Part shown: positions 48,216 through 57,492 of the stretch, piece by piece | How the letters are laid out: each line of letters starts with the position of its first letter | Position numbering within the stretch: position 1 is the first letter of the stretch | From: Chloroflexota bacterium | GTDB lineage: Bacteria; Chloroflexota; UBA11872; UBA12225; JAJDUF01 | Assembly (NCBI GenBank): GCA_965238265.1 | Contig: OZ250185.1 | Location: 989,153 to 1,053,152 of the forward strand | Direction: 5' to 3' | DNA: 64,000 bases | Notes under the pieces: generated by a model | What the model saw: only the letters and a program-made list of their open reading frames with translations | Database searches by the model: none | What the model was told of the DNA's origin: nothing | Translations under genes and position numbers: made by a program

Positions 48216-49610
48216 TCAGGCTGCGGCCAGCTCGCGTGTCGTGGCAGCGAGGGCTTGGTCGAGCAGCTCGACGATGCGATCAATCTGCGCTTCGGTGACG
48301 ACCAGCGGCGGACAGAGCAAAAAGTGGTCGCCACGCACCCCATCCACGCAGCCACTCCCCGGATAGATCACGAGGCCGCGCTCGAAACAGTGGGCCGCCA
48401 GGCGAGCGCTGGCGCCTACCTCGGGCGGGAACGGCTCCTTGGTCGCGCGATCAGCGACAAGCTCCACACCCAGCAGCAGGCCGCGACCGCGAATGTCGCC
48501 GACGAGGGCATGCTTTCGCCAGCGCTCGGCCTGCGCGAAGAGATACTCCCCGTGCGTCGCCGACCGCTGCACCAGATCGTCTTCCACCACAATGTCGAGC
48601 ACCGCGGACCCGACGGTGGCCGACAGGGGATTCGCCGCGTAGGTGAAGATGTGGTCGAAGGTCACTTGTTGCTCGGCGAAGACCGACCACACGCGATCAG
48701 ACACCGCCACGGCGCCGAGGGGGGCGTAGCCGCCGCTAATGCCCTTCGCCATGGTCATCAGATCGGGCACCACCGACCAGTGCTCCATGCCAAAGGTCTT
48801 CCCGGTACGACCAAACCCGGTGATGACCTCATCGGCGATAAAGAGCACGTCGTAGCGGTCACAGATTTCGCGGATGATGGGGAAATACTCCGGTGGCGGC
48901 ACGGTAGCGCCGGCCGCCGCACCCACGATCGGCTCGGCAATAAAGGCCGCAACCCGTTCCGGCCCGGCTTCTTGGATCGCGGTCTCCAGCGCCGTAGCGC
49001 ACTCCAGCGCGCAGTCGGGATAGGTCTTGCCGAAGGGACAGCGATAACAATAGTTCGGCTCGATGTGCGGGAAGTCCAGCAGCAACGGCTCGAACTTCGC
49101 CCGCCGTCCGCGGTGGCCGGTGGCGGAGAGGGCGCCCAAGGTAGCGCCGTGGTAGCTCTGCCACCGCCCGATAACCACGTGCCGCTCCTGGCCGCGGGCG
49201 AGATAGTATTGGCGCGCCAGCTTGATGGCCACTTCCGTCGCCTCGGAGCCGCCCGAGGTGAACAGGAAGTGTTGCAGCGTGCCCGGCGTGAGCGCCCCCA
49301 GCCGCCGGGCCAAGTCCTCTGCCGGCCGGTTGCTAAAAATGTTGGAGATGCAGTACGTCAGGGTCCCGGCCTGCCGACCGATGGCCTCAGCCACACGCGG
49401 CTCGCCGTGCCCCACGAGCGCCACGGCGATGCCGGCGATAGCGTCAATGTATTCCTTGCCGTCTTGGTCGTAGACGTAGATGCCCTCGCCGCGGACGAGC
49501 GTGGGGTATTCCCGCGCGGGATTGAGCGGGAACACGGCTCCGTTCCGGGCTGGCGCTTGCTGTTGCATATCGGCCTCTTTCTCCGGTCCGCTGCGGTAGG
49601 GGCGCAGCAT
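48216..49610 (-). CDS. Class-III (omega) aminotransferase, PLP-dependent
   Basis: 464-aa ORF with the class-III aminotransferase pattern (FTSGGSEATEVAIKLAR; DEVITGFGRTGKTFG; catalytic lysine at TMAKGISGG). Confidence 0.85.
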   Translation of the reverse strand: MLRPYRSGPEKEADMQQQAPARNGAVFPLNPAREYPTLVRGEGIYVYDQDGKEYIDAIAGIAVALVGHGEPRVAEAIGRQAGTLTYCISNIFSNRPAEDLARRLGALTPGTLQHFLFTSGGSEATEVAIKLARQYYLARGQERHVVIGRWQSYHGATLGALSATGHRGRRAKFEPLLLDFPHIEPNYCYRCPFGKTYPDCALECATALETAIQEAGPERVAAFIAEPIVGAAAGATVPPPEYFPIIREICDRYDVLFIADEVITGFGRTGKTFGMEHWSVVPDLMTMAKGISGGYAPLGAVAVSDRVWSVFAEQQVTFDHIFTYAANPLSATVGSAVLDIVVEDDLVQRSATHGEYLFAQAERWRKHALVGDIRGRGLLLGVELVADRATKEPFPPEVGASARLAAHCFERGLVIYPGSGCVDGVRGDHFLLCPPLVVTEAQIDRIVELLDQALAATTRELAAA

Positions 49611-49626
49611 GCTGCGCCCACTCCCC

Positions 49627-50475
49627 CTACCCAGCGGCAGTAGATTGCCGTCGGAGGGCCAACGATGGCGCCCCGCCCCCCCGCCGCAGGTTCACGATCT
49701 CCGCCATAATCGCCAAGGCGATCTCTTCCGGCCAACGAGCGCCGATGTCCAGACCAATAGGTGCATACACCCGATGCAGCTTTTCGTCGGGAATACCTTC
49801 GGCCACCAGCCGCTCGAAGACGACCAGCACGCGCCGTTTGCTCCCGATCATGCCGATGTACGGGGCCGGCGAGCCGATGATCTGCTGCAAGATCGCCTCG
49901 TCATGCTCATGTCCGCGCGTGACCAGCACGATATAGGTCCGCACGTGGAGCCTCAGCGTCCCCATCGCCGCGGCAAAATCCGCGGCGATCACGCGGTCCG
50001 CTTCCGGAAAGCGCTCGCGGTTGGCGAAGTGCGCGCGATCATCAATGACCGTGACCCGGTAGCCGAGCACCTTGGCGATCTGCGCGAGCGGCTCACCGAT
50101 ATGGCCGGCTCCCGCGATGATGAGCTGCTCTTGCGGTAAGTGGGGCTGGATGGAAACCTCGACCACGGCCCCCTCCCGCTGCTCGGCCTGACGCAGACTG
50201 CCACCGCGCGTGGGCAGGGGAGCACCGTCGGGTGCGAATCGGGCCAGCCGGATATGCTCGTCGGCGATGGCCGGCCGCGCCGCGGCGGCGATGGCCTCCC
50301 GCACAGCGCCGGGTGGCATATCTCCTTCCACAGCACCGGAGTCGGGAGCGATGAGCTTCTGTCCAGGGGCGTAACCCGCAACCCCGCGCGCACGTATCAC
50401 CGTCACGAGGGCAAACGGCCGTTCTTCATCCAGAAGGGTGGCCATCCGGCCAGCATAGGAAGGGGCAGCCATCAC
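49627..50475 (-). CDS. xdhC: XdhC/CoxI-family molybdenum-cofactor insertion chaperone (Rossmann-domain part)
   Basis: 282-aa ORF with a family-like core. The upstream ORF supplies the N-terminal domain. Confidence 0.6.
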   Translation of the reverse strand: MMAAPSYAGRMATLLDEERPFALVTVIRARGVAGYAPGQKLIAPDSGAVEGDMPPGAVREAIAAAARPAIADEHIRLARFAPDGAPLPTRGGSLRQAEQREGAVVEVSIQPHLPQEQLIIAGAGHIGEPLAQIAKVLGYRVTVIDDRAHFANRERFPEADRVIAADFAAAMGTLRLHVRTYIVLVTRGHEHDEAILQQIIGSPAPYIGMIGSKRRVLVVFERLVAEGIPDEKLHRVYAPIGLDIGARWPEEIALAIMAEIVNLRRGGGAPSLALRRQSTAAG

Positions 50476-50876
50476 GACGCCGCGTTTTCCAAATCTGGGG
50501 TCAGCACGTCAATGAAGACCTCCATCGTCCCGCCGCACACGTCGCCGCCAGGATCGTCCGGGTCATCGGCGAGCACGAACTCCCGCAGGCCGGAGGTACG
50601 GGCGCGGAGCAGGCGCATCGCCTCCGCCCACACGTCGGCCTCGACGCACCCGCCGCCAATCGTGCCCAGCATCGCGCCATCGGCGAAGATGAGCATGTTG
50701 GCTCCGGCCTTCTGTGGAGTCGAGCCGCGCGTGGCGACGACGGTAGTCATGGCGACCGGTTCATCTTGGCGCAAGCGTTCGTCCGCTGCGGCGTAGAGTG
50801 TACGCATAGCTACGCTCATCTGATTATCCTTACCGGCGCTGGCGAGCACACTGGCTCTGGGGCGGCAGTATAGCAA
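50472..50876 (-). CDS. XdhC N-terminal-domain protein, the split partner of 49627-50475
   Basis: TTVVATRGSTPQKAGANMLIFADGAMLGTIGGGCVEADV is the typical XdhC/CoxF N-terminal domain. Its 4-bp overlap with the downstream ORF suggests a naturally split gene or a frameshift. Confidence 0.6.
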   Translation of the reverse strand: MLYCRPRASVLASAGKDNQMSVAMRTLYAAADERLRQDEPVAMTTVVATRGSTPQKAGANMLIFADGAMLGTIGGGCVEADVWAEAMRLLRARTSGLREFVLADDPDDPGGDVCGGTMEVFIDVLTPDLENAAS

Positions 50877-51052
50877 AGGCCGGGAGTGGCCCGTGCGCTG
50901 CGGAGGGCCGCCGGTGTAACATTCTCACCCTTGGGGCCAAGTACATCTAGTGGGCAGCAATCCTCGGCAGACACGTAGCTTGCGCCGCACGATGAAACCG
51001 ACACGCGGGCGCGGCTGTCTTAGAGAACGTAGCGGTAAGAAGAGGGAGCGGT

Positions 51053-52180
51053 ATGGGTGAGGCGATCCGGAACATCGCGCGGCGCAAAGTACGGAGCGGC
51101 TTGACGATCTTCGGCATCGTCATCGGGACGTTTGCCCTGACCGTCATGGGCGGGATGACGGAGAACTTCAGTCGTCAGATTGACGGCGCTGTCCGCATCG
51201 TCGGCAACACCGTCGAGATTGATTCTGAGAAGCAGATCAACCTGACGACCGTCCGCCGCATCGAGCGCGTTGACGGCGTGCGGGCTGTTGTCCGCAGCTT
51301 GGGGAGCGAGCTGATCGAAGACGAGGACGAGGAACGTCCGGGTATCACCTTCGGCCCCCCCAACACCGTGTTCGGCATTGCGCCGCAACACGACACCATC
51401 TTCTTCAAGGGGGTCCGCCTCCAAGCCGGGCGCTGGTTGGAGCGTGGCGATACTTATAAGACGGTGCTCGGATCAAACGTCGCCGCCAACAAGAAGGTGG
51501 GGGTCGGCGATACCATCATTTGGCTCAAGAAGAAGCTCACGGTTGTCGGCGTCATGGAGAGCACGCAGACCTTTCCCGACAACTTTGCCGTGGTGCCGTT
51601 CGAAACGGTGCGCCGGGTGCGGCGTTTTCCGCTCTGGGTAGTCGGCAGCATTGCCGTCATCCCGGAGAGTCCACAGATTACCGAAGAGGTGGCCGAGCGG
51701 ATCACCAAGCAGGTGCATGGCGTTACCGCTGAATCGCCGGAGCGGCAAATCGCCGATATCCGCCAAGCCATGGCGATCTTCCAAGCCATCGTGCTCAGCG
51801 GCTCGCTGCTCGCTGCGATTGTCGGCGGGCTATCGGTCGTGAACACGATGATTATGTCGGTGCGGGAGCGCACCCGCGAGATCGGGCTGAAGAAAGCGGT
51901 CGGGGCCAGCGATGGCGCTATCGTCGGGGAATACCTCCTCGAAGCGGCGATGATGGGGTTGCTCGGTGGCATTTTCGGCATCGTGCTCGGCTCCACCCTC
52001 GCCCAAGTGCTCAACGCTGCCTTTGCCGAGGCTCTCTCCGGCGCGCCGCTCTTCCTCATCACCCTGCGCCTGGTGGCCCTCACCATGGCGTTCGCGGTGG
52101 CCATCGGCGGTGTGGCCGGCTTGTACCCTGCTTGGAGCGCGTCGCGGCTCGACCCGGTGCAGGCGCTCCGCAGCACCTAA
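51053..52180 (+). CDS. ABC transporter permease, FtsX/MacB-like
   Basis: 375-aa ORF with an N-terminal TM helix, a periplasmic domain and a C-terminal 3-TM FtsX module. Confidence 0.75.
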   Translation: MGEAIRNIARRKVRSGLTIFGIVIGTFALTVMGGMTENFSRQIDGAVRIVGNTVEIDSEKQINLTTVRRIERVDGVRAVVRSLGSELIEDEDEERPGITFGPPNTVFGIAPQHDTIFFKGVRLQAGRWLERGDTYKTVLGSNVAANKKVGVGDTIIWLKKKLTVVGVMESTQTFPDNFAVVPFETVRRVRRFPLWVVGSIAVIPESPQITEEVAERITKQVHGVTAESPERQIADIRQAMAIFQAIVLSGSLLAAIVGGLSVVNTMIMSVRERTREIGLKKAVGASDGAIVGEYLLEAAMMGLLGGIFGIVLGSTLAQVLNAAFAEALSGAPLFLITLRLVALTMAFAVAIGGVAGLYPAWSASRLDPVQALRST

Positions 52181-52227
52181 CACGCTGACCAAGACCTCGA
52201 TCAAGGAAGTACGGAAGGAGAGACACT

Positions 52228-54633
52228 ATGCGTCGGATCATTATCGGGATCATCCTACTCGTCGTAGTCGGTGCGGTGATTGTCGTCGTCAGTGGCGTGC
52301 TCCCTGTTGGGGATGGAGAAGACACCACCGCGGGGCCAACGCCTACTGCCGAACCGGACCCGTTGATCGCAGAAGGCATTGTGGTCGCCGCCAAGCAGGC
52401 GGAACTCAGCTTTGGCATCGGCGGTACGGTGACGAAGGTCTCCGTCGAGCTGGGGTCGTTGGCGCGGTCGGGCGCCATCCTTGCGACACTCGATGCGGCC
52501 GACGCCGAGCTGCAAGTGCGCTCGGCCGAAAACGACGTGCAGGCCCACCGCGCCGCCCTCGACCAGCTCCGCACCGGGCCGCGCTCGGAGGAGATCGCTT
52601 CCCTGCAAGCGGCCGTGGCGGCCGCCCGTGCCCAGCTCGCCCAGCTCGAAGCCGCTACACCAGCGGACGAACAGACCGCACTCGCCCAACTCCAGTCCGC
52701 CAAGGTTCAGCTCGCTGCCCTCACGCAGGGGCCAGCGGCGGCAGATGTGGCCATCGCCGACGCTGCCCTCGCTACTGCCCAAGCACGGCTCGCCGCCATC
52801 GAAGACGGCCCTACCGCCGCCGACTTGACTATCGTTGACGCCGCGCTCGCTACCGCCCAAGCGCGACTCGCCGCCATCGAAGACGGCCCTACCGCCGCCG
52901 ACTTGACTATCGTTGACGCCGCGCTCGCTACCGCCCAAGCGCGACTCGCCGCCATCGAAGACGGCCCTACCGCCGCCGACTTGACTATCGCCGATGCTGC
53001 CCTCGCTACCGCCCAAGCGCGACTCGCCGCCATCGAAGATGGGCCACGCCCCGAAGACGTGCGGAGCGCAGAGGCTCAAGTGCGCCAAGCGGAGATTCGC
53101 CTAGCGGCAGCACGCCAAGCAGCGCAGGGTGGCGACCTCGTGAGCGCCCAGGCCAGCCTGGCCTCGGCGCAGACCCGGTTGGCGCAAGTCAAGGCCGGGC
53201 CGACCGCCACCGACATCGCCGCGGCCCAGGCTGGCGTTGATACGGCAGAGAACTCGCTGGCCCAGCTACGCGATGGCTCGACGCGCGCCGAAGACGTGCG
53301 GGCAGCCGAGCTGGGAGTGCAGCAGGCGCTCATCGGCCTCGACCGCGCCCGCGCCGGCCGCGATACGGCCGCCAGCATGCCCGGGGTCAGCGGATCGCAG
53401 ATCGCGGCGGCCGACGCCGACGTACAAGCAGCCGAGCTTGCCGTCCAAATAGCGCAGAACAACCTGGCCAAGGTGCGTAGCGGGGCCACGCCGTGGGCCT
53501 TGCGGCAGGCCGAGCTGGCCGTCGAGCAAGCCAAGGCCGGGCTGGCGCAGCTCACTGACCCCAAGACCTACGACATCCGGACGGCCGAGGCGGCCGTAGA
53601 GCAGGCCCACGCCACACTCGCCAAAGTCAGCGCCGCCCTTGAAACCGAGATCGCGCAGGCCGAGGCCGGCCTGACCCAGGCGCAAGCCAATCTGGACCGC
53701 CTGCTGCAACCCGACGCTGCCGATCTGGAAGCCGCCCGTCAAGTGGTCCGCCAGGCGGAAGCCCAGCGCCAGAAACTCCTGCAACCCAGCGCCGCCGATC
53801 TGGAAGCCGCTCGCCAAGCAGTCCGCCAGGCGGAAGCCCAGCGCCAGAAACTCCTGCAACCCAGCGCCGCCGATCTGGAAGCCGCTCGCCAAGCAGTCCG
53901 CCAGGCGGAAGCCCAACGCCAGAAACTCCTGCAGCCCAGCGCTGCCGATCTGGAAGTCACCCGCCAAGCGGTCCGCCAAGCGGAAGCCCAGCGCCAGAAG
54001 CTCTTTGCAGCTGCCGCGGCCAGCACGCTCGCTACGGCCCAAGCTAACGTGGATCAGGCGCAAGCCAGTCTGGACCGCCTGCAAGCCACCCGACCCCACC
54101 AGGTCACCGCCGCCCGACAGAGCGTGGCACAGGCGCGGGCACAGCTTGCGCTCCGGCAGGCGCCGCCGACAGAGGCCGATATCGAAGCGGCGCAGGCGGC
54201 GCTGGCCCGCGCCGAAACGGCGCTCACCCAAGCTAGACAAGCACAGGACAACACCACCCTCACAGCGCCGTTCGCCGGGACCGTGGCCACACTCTCCCTG
54301 AGCGAGGGCGAGCGTGTGGGCGCCGGTGCGGCGGTAGTCACGCTGGTTGATATGTCGCGCCTGGTGATCGAGACGAGAGACCTGGATGAAAGCGGCGTGG
54401 CGCGGGTGGCCGTTGACCAGCCGGTCGAAGTGGTTATCTATGCGCTGGAGCACACCTTGCCGGGGCGCATCGTGCGGATTGACCCGCTGGGGGTGACTCG
54501 CTCCGGCGGCGATACGATGTATACGGCGACAGTAGCACTCAGCGAGGACGTGCCGGGGCTGCGACCCGGCATGACCACCAAGGTGGACTTCACCGCCGCC
54601 AACCCTCCACCCGAGCCAGCCGACAAATCATGA
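52228..54633 (+). CDS. HlyD/MacA-family periplasmic adaptor (membrane-fusion protein) with a greatly extended coiled-coil containing perfect tandem repeats
   Basis: 801-aa ORF with an N-terminal TM helix, a long Ala/Gln-rich coiled-coil, and C-terminal beta-barrel and membrane-proximal domains (TLTAPFAGTVATLSLSEGERV...). Confidence 0.8.
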   Translation: MRRIIIGIILLVVVGAVIVVVSGVLPVGDGEDTTAGPTPTAEPDPLIAEGIVVAAKQAELSFGIGGTVTKVSVELGSLARSGAILATLDAADAELQVRSAENDVQAHRAALDQLRTGPRSEEIASLQAAVAAARAQLAQLEAATPADEQTALAQLQSAKVQLAALTQGPAAADVAIADAALATAQARLAAIEDGPTAADLTIVDAALATAQARLAAIEDGPTAADLTIVDAALATAQARLAAIEDGPTAADLTIADAALATAQARLAAIEDGPRPEDVRSAEAQVRQAEIRLAAARQAAQGGDLVSAQASLASAQTRLAQVKAGPTATDIAAAQAGVDTAENSLAQLRDGSTRAEDVRAAELGVQQALIGLDRARAGRDTAASMPGVSGSQIAAADADVQAAELAVQIAQNNLAKVRSGATPWALRQAELAVEQAKAGLAQLTDPKTYDIRTAEAAVEQAHATLAKVSAALETEIAQAEAGLTQAQANLDRLLQPDAADLEAARQVVRQAEAQRQKLLQPSAADLEAARQAVRQAEAQRQKLLQPSAADLEAARQAVRQAEAQRQKLLQPSAADLEVTRQAVRQAEAQRQKLFAAAAASTLATAQANVDQAQASLDRLQATRPHQVTAARQSVAQARAQLALRQAPPTEADIEAAQAALARAETALTQARQAQDNTTLTAPFAGTVATLSLSEGERVGAGAAVVTLVDMSRLVIETRDLDESGVARVAVDQPVEVVIYALEHTLPGRIVRIDPLGVTRSGGDTMYTATVALSEDVPGLRPGMTTKVDFTAANPPPEPADKS
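52750..53040 (+). repeat. About 4.5 copies of a perfect 60-bp tandem repeat inside the MFP gene, encoding AALATAQARLAAIEDGPTAADLTIVD
   Basis: Identical 60-nt units read directly from the sequence. Confidence 0.9.
53690..54000 (+). repeat. About 4 copies of a near-perfect 75-bp tandem repeat inside the MFP gene, encoding LLQPSAADLEAARQAVRQAEAQRQK
   Basis: Identical or near-identical 75-nt units read directly from the sequence. Confidence 0.9.
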
Positions 54634-54657
54634 AGCTCTAGTCACAGCGACCACCTC

Positions 54658-54685
54658 GTAGGGGCGCAGCATGCTGCGCCCCTAC
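54658..54685. repeat. Perfect 26-bp palindrome TAGGGGCGCAGCATGCTGCGCCCCTA just downstream of the MFP gene. A second, imperfect copy lies at about 49594-49630.
   Basis: Read directly from the sequence. A stem-loop element of the REP or terminator type. Confidence 0.75.
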
Positions 54686-54740
54686 AGCGAACAACGGAGC
54701 CAACGTAGAGGCGGCGCATGTACCGCCCAGGAGAAGAAGC

Positions 54741-55538
54741 ATGAGAATGCCATCGTGGTTGCGGCCGGACACAACGCCGGCAGCCGGTAACGGCGTCGAG
54801 AGCAGCGCGGCCGCCGCGCCAACAACCAACAACGCCATCGTCGAGCTGCGCGATCTCCGTCGTGATTACGAGATGGGTGGGGAGACCATTCACGCCCTGG
54901 CCGGCATGGACCTCGTAATCCATCGCGGCGAGTTCATGAGCATCATGGGGCGCTCAGGATCGGGGAAGTCTACCCTGCTGAACATGATTGGGTGCCTCGA
55001 CCGTCCGACGAGCGGCCAGGTCATCATTGACGGCGTTGATGTCACGCAGGTACCAAAGCGCCAGCTGCCCCGCATCCGCCGCGAGAAGGTCGGGTTTGTC
55101 TTTCAGCAGCACAATCTCGTGCCCATCCTCACCGCCGAAGAGAACGTCTCCCTCCCCTTGCGCTACGCCAATGTGTCCAACCGGGAGTGCCGCGAGCGTG
55201 CGCGGGCCGCGCTCGCGGCACTCAGCATGGACGACCGTCTCACCCACAAGCCCACCGAACTCTCCGGTGGTCAGCAACAGCGCGTCGCTATCGCTCGTGC
55301 GCTCGTCACCGATCCCGCTATCGTGCTCGCCGACGAGCCAACCGGCGAGCTTGACACGCAGACATCCGCCGCGATCATCGAGGTGATGCACGAGATGAAT
55401 GAGCAACGCGGCCAGACGTTTATCATCGTCACCCACGACCCCGGCGTGTCCGAGCGCACCAACCGCATCATCCAGATGTCCGACGGCAAGGTGATCGACG
55501 ATTCCACCGCTTCCCCGGCAGCGGTCACGGCCACCTAG
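54741..55538 (+). CDS. ABC transporter ATP-binding protein (MacB/LolD-type)
   Basis: Walker A GRSGSGKST, the signature LSGGQQQRVAIARAL and Walker B VLADEPTGELD. Confidence 0.88.
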   Translation: MRMPSWLRPDTTPAAGNGVESSAAAAPTTNNAIVELRDLRRDYEMGGETIHALAGMDLVIHRGEFMSIMGRSGSGKSTLLNMIGCLDRPTSGQVIIDGVDVTQVPKRQLPRIRREKVGFVFQQHNLVPILTAEENVSLPLRYANVSNRECRERARAALAALSMDDRLTHKPTELSGGQQQRVAIARALVTDPAIVLADEPTGELDTQTSAAIIEVMHEMNEQRGQTFIIVTHDPGVSERTNRIIQMSDGKVIDDSTASPAAVTAT

Positions 55539-55714
55539 TCGCAAGCGAGGCTCCGTTGACATCTCCCGCCATTCCCGCTTGTGCGGGAATCCAGGGCGGG
55601 TACGCCGCCTGTTGCCTCAGACGCCTGGATTCCGGCTTCCGTCGGAATGACGGGAGGGGGGCGCCACGGTACCCCCGGGGCCAGCGTAGCGCATTGGTAG
55701 GCTACAATAGCTCC

Positions 55715-55882
55715 ATGCAGATGACAGCGCGAGAGTTAAAGCTGCACTTGGGACACTACCTAGAGGCGGTACGTCACGGCCAGACACTGTGCATCACCTG
55801 GCGCGGTCAAGCCGTTATACACCCCGCCGACTTTCGTGTGCCGCAGCCGCGCGTTACCATACGTCCTCCTAGCGGAGAATAG
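55715..55882 (+). CDS. Phd/YefM-family antitoxin (55 aa)
   Basis: MQMTARELKLHLGHYLEAVRHGQTLCITWRGQAVIHP is the typical Phd/YefM N-terminal fold. The longer listed ORF (from 55556) reads through an upstream repeat element. Confidence 0.65.
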   Translation: MQMTARELKLHLGHYLEAVRHGQTLCITWRGQAVIHPADFRVPQPRVTIRPPSGE

Positions 55883-55942
55883 GCTAGGCTATCCTTGACA
55901 TAGGGGCGACACCGAATACATGCTTGCGCGGAGGAGGAGATC

Positions 55943-56266
55943 ATGGCGAGCACGGCCACCATCAAGCGTGGGCGTCCCCCGTACCCGGACAACGACCGCC
56001 GCGACCAAGAAATCAAGAGCTACGTCACGAAGGACGAGAAGGCACGGCTCGTCGCGCAAGCGCGCGCCGTGGGGCTATCCCTCAGCGACTATCTCCGCGC
56101 CGAGCTGCGACCGCTAGTGCCAGCCGCTGAAGAAGCGTTGGCGCAGCTCACTGCCCAGGGACTCGCGACTCCAGGTACTGGCAAGCTCCCACCATACGAC
56201 CCGGCGGCAGCCAAACGTTCCGCGGCTGCGCTCATTCTGGCAGAGCGAGACACGGAGCGTCCTTGA
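55943..56266 (+). CDS. Ribbon-helix-helix DNA-binding protein (CopG/MobC-like), 107 aa
   Basis: KRGRPP...SYVTKDEKARLVAQARAVGLSLSDYLRAEL shows the RHH pattern. Confidence 0.5.
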   Translation: MASTATIKRGRPPYPDNDRRDQEIKSYVTKDEKARLVAQARAVGLSLSDYLRAELRPLVPAAEEALAQLTAQGLATPGTGKLPPYDPAAAKRSAAALILAERDTERP

Positions 56267-56331
56267 CGTGATCATCTCCATGCTCGCTGTGCTCTCTGTG
56301 GCCCACTGACCCCCGGCCACTGACCCTCTGG

Positions 56332-57441
56332 CTAGGCCGGGGGCGCCACGGATTGGTGCCGGACCGTCAGTTTGGCGAGCCGCTCCGGATCGGGGGTAGG
56401 CAAGCGCCCGGTATGCGGTTGGAAGGTCAGCTGCGGCGTCAGCTCCAGCGGCGGTGTGGCCAGGTCCTGCTCGTAGAAGCGAGACGAGGGGAACACGTCG
56501 CCGGGGTAGGTGAAGTTGGGCAGCGTAGCCAGCTCTACACAGAACGCGCCGCCGACAGCGCTCTCCAACATGCCACCAACCCACACCGGGATACCGGCCT
56601 GCTGCGCCAGGTCGTGGACGGCCAGCGAGTTCGACAACCCTCCGGTGCGGCCCGGCTTGATATTGATGTACCGGCAAGCGTCCACCTGGATTGCCTGCTC
56701 CGCTGCCTTGACGCTGGTGATCGTCTCGTCGAGGCAGATCGGGGTCTCGATCTGCCGGGCCAGCGCCGCGTGGTCGAGCACGTCGGCGTAGTGCAGCGGC
56801 TGCTCGATGAACGCTAACCCTAGCCCATCAATGGCCTTGAAGAACGGCAGGTCGCCGAGCGTATAGCCGGCGTTACAGTCTATATGGAAGGTCGTCTTGG
56901 GAAACGCGCCGGTGACGGTACGCAGCATGTCGAGGTCCCAGCCCTTGGCGACCTTGAGCTTGATACGCGGAAAGCCGGCATCTACGGCCTGCTGGATATT
57001 GCCGAGCAGCATGTCAAGCGAGTCCTGAATACCAAAGTCGGCGCCGGCGACCACCTCGCGCGTCTCACCACCCAGCAAACGGTGGAGCGGTATTCCCGTC
57101 CGAGCCACTTCCAACGTCCACCAGCAGATTTCGATAGCGGCCTTGGCGAAGCTGTTGCCCTTGAATACGTCGAGCCGCCGGTTCAGGTCGGCAGCGGTCT
57201 CGTATTCGCGGCCGACGATGTGCGGGCCAAAGACCTCCGTGACGAGGTAGTAGACGGAGCCGGCGCTCTCCGGCAAGTACGTGGGGGCAAAGAAGGGCGT
57301 GGACTCGGACCAACCCTCGTGTTCGCCGCTCGTGGCCTTCACCAACACCGAGTGGATGTCGTAGTCCACGCCGTAGGCCGTCCGCCAGGGATAGATGAGC
57401 GGCATCGAGACGTAGTACACATCCAGCTTGTCAATACGCAT
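56332..57441 (-). CDS. Enolase-superfamily enzyme (o-succinylbenzoate synthase / dipeptide-epimerase-like MR/MLE member)
   Basis: 369-aa ORF with the KxK motif, metal ligands and a catalytic Lys in MR/MLE spacing. Confidence 0.65.
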   Translation of the reverse strand: MRIDKLDVYYVSMPLIYPWRTAYGVDYDIHSVLVKATSGEHEGWSESTPFFAPTYLPESAGSVYYLVTEVFGPHIVGREYETAADLNRRLDVFKGNSFAKAAIEICWWTLEVARTGIPLHRLLGGETREVVAGADFGIQDSLDMLLGNIQQAVDAGFPRIKLKVAKGWDLDMLRTVTGAFPKTTFHIDCNAGYTLGDLPFFKAIDGLGLAFIEQPLHYADVLDHAALARQIETPICLDETITSVKAAEQAIQVDACRYINIKPGRTGGLSNSLAVHDLAQQAGIPVWVGGMLESAVGGAFCVELATLPNFTYPGDVFPSSRFYEQDLATPPLELTPQLTFQPHTGRLPTPDPERLAKLTVRHQSVAPPA

Positions 57442-57492
57442 GCAGCGCTCCTTTGGCGAGCTATCAGCTATCAGCGGTCGGTGAACGGGCCA

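Noticed and set aside
53266-54453. 395-aa minus-strand ORF, plus several 90-280-aa ORFs inside the MFP gene
   Set aside because: They are antisense or alternative frames of the tandem-repeat region, and the repeats propagate open frames on both strands.
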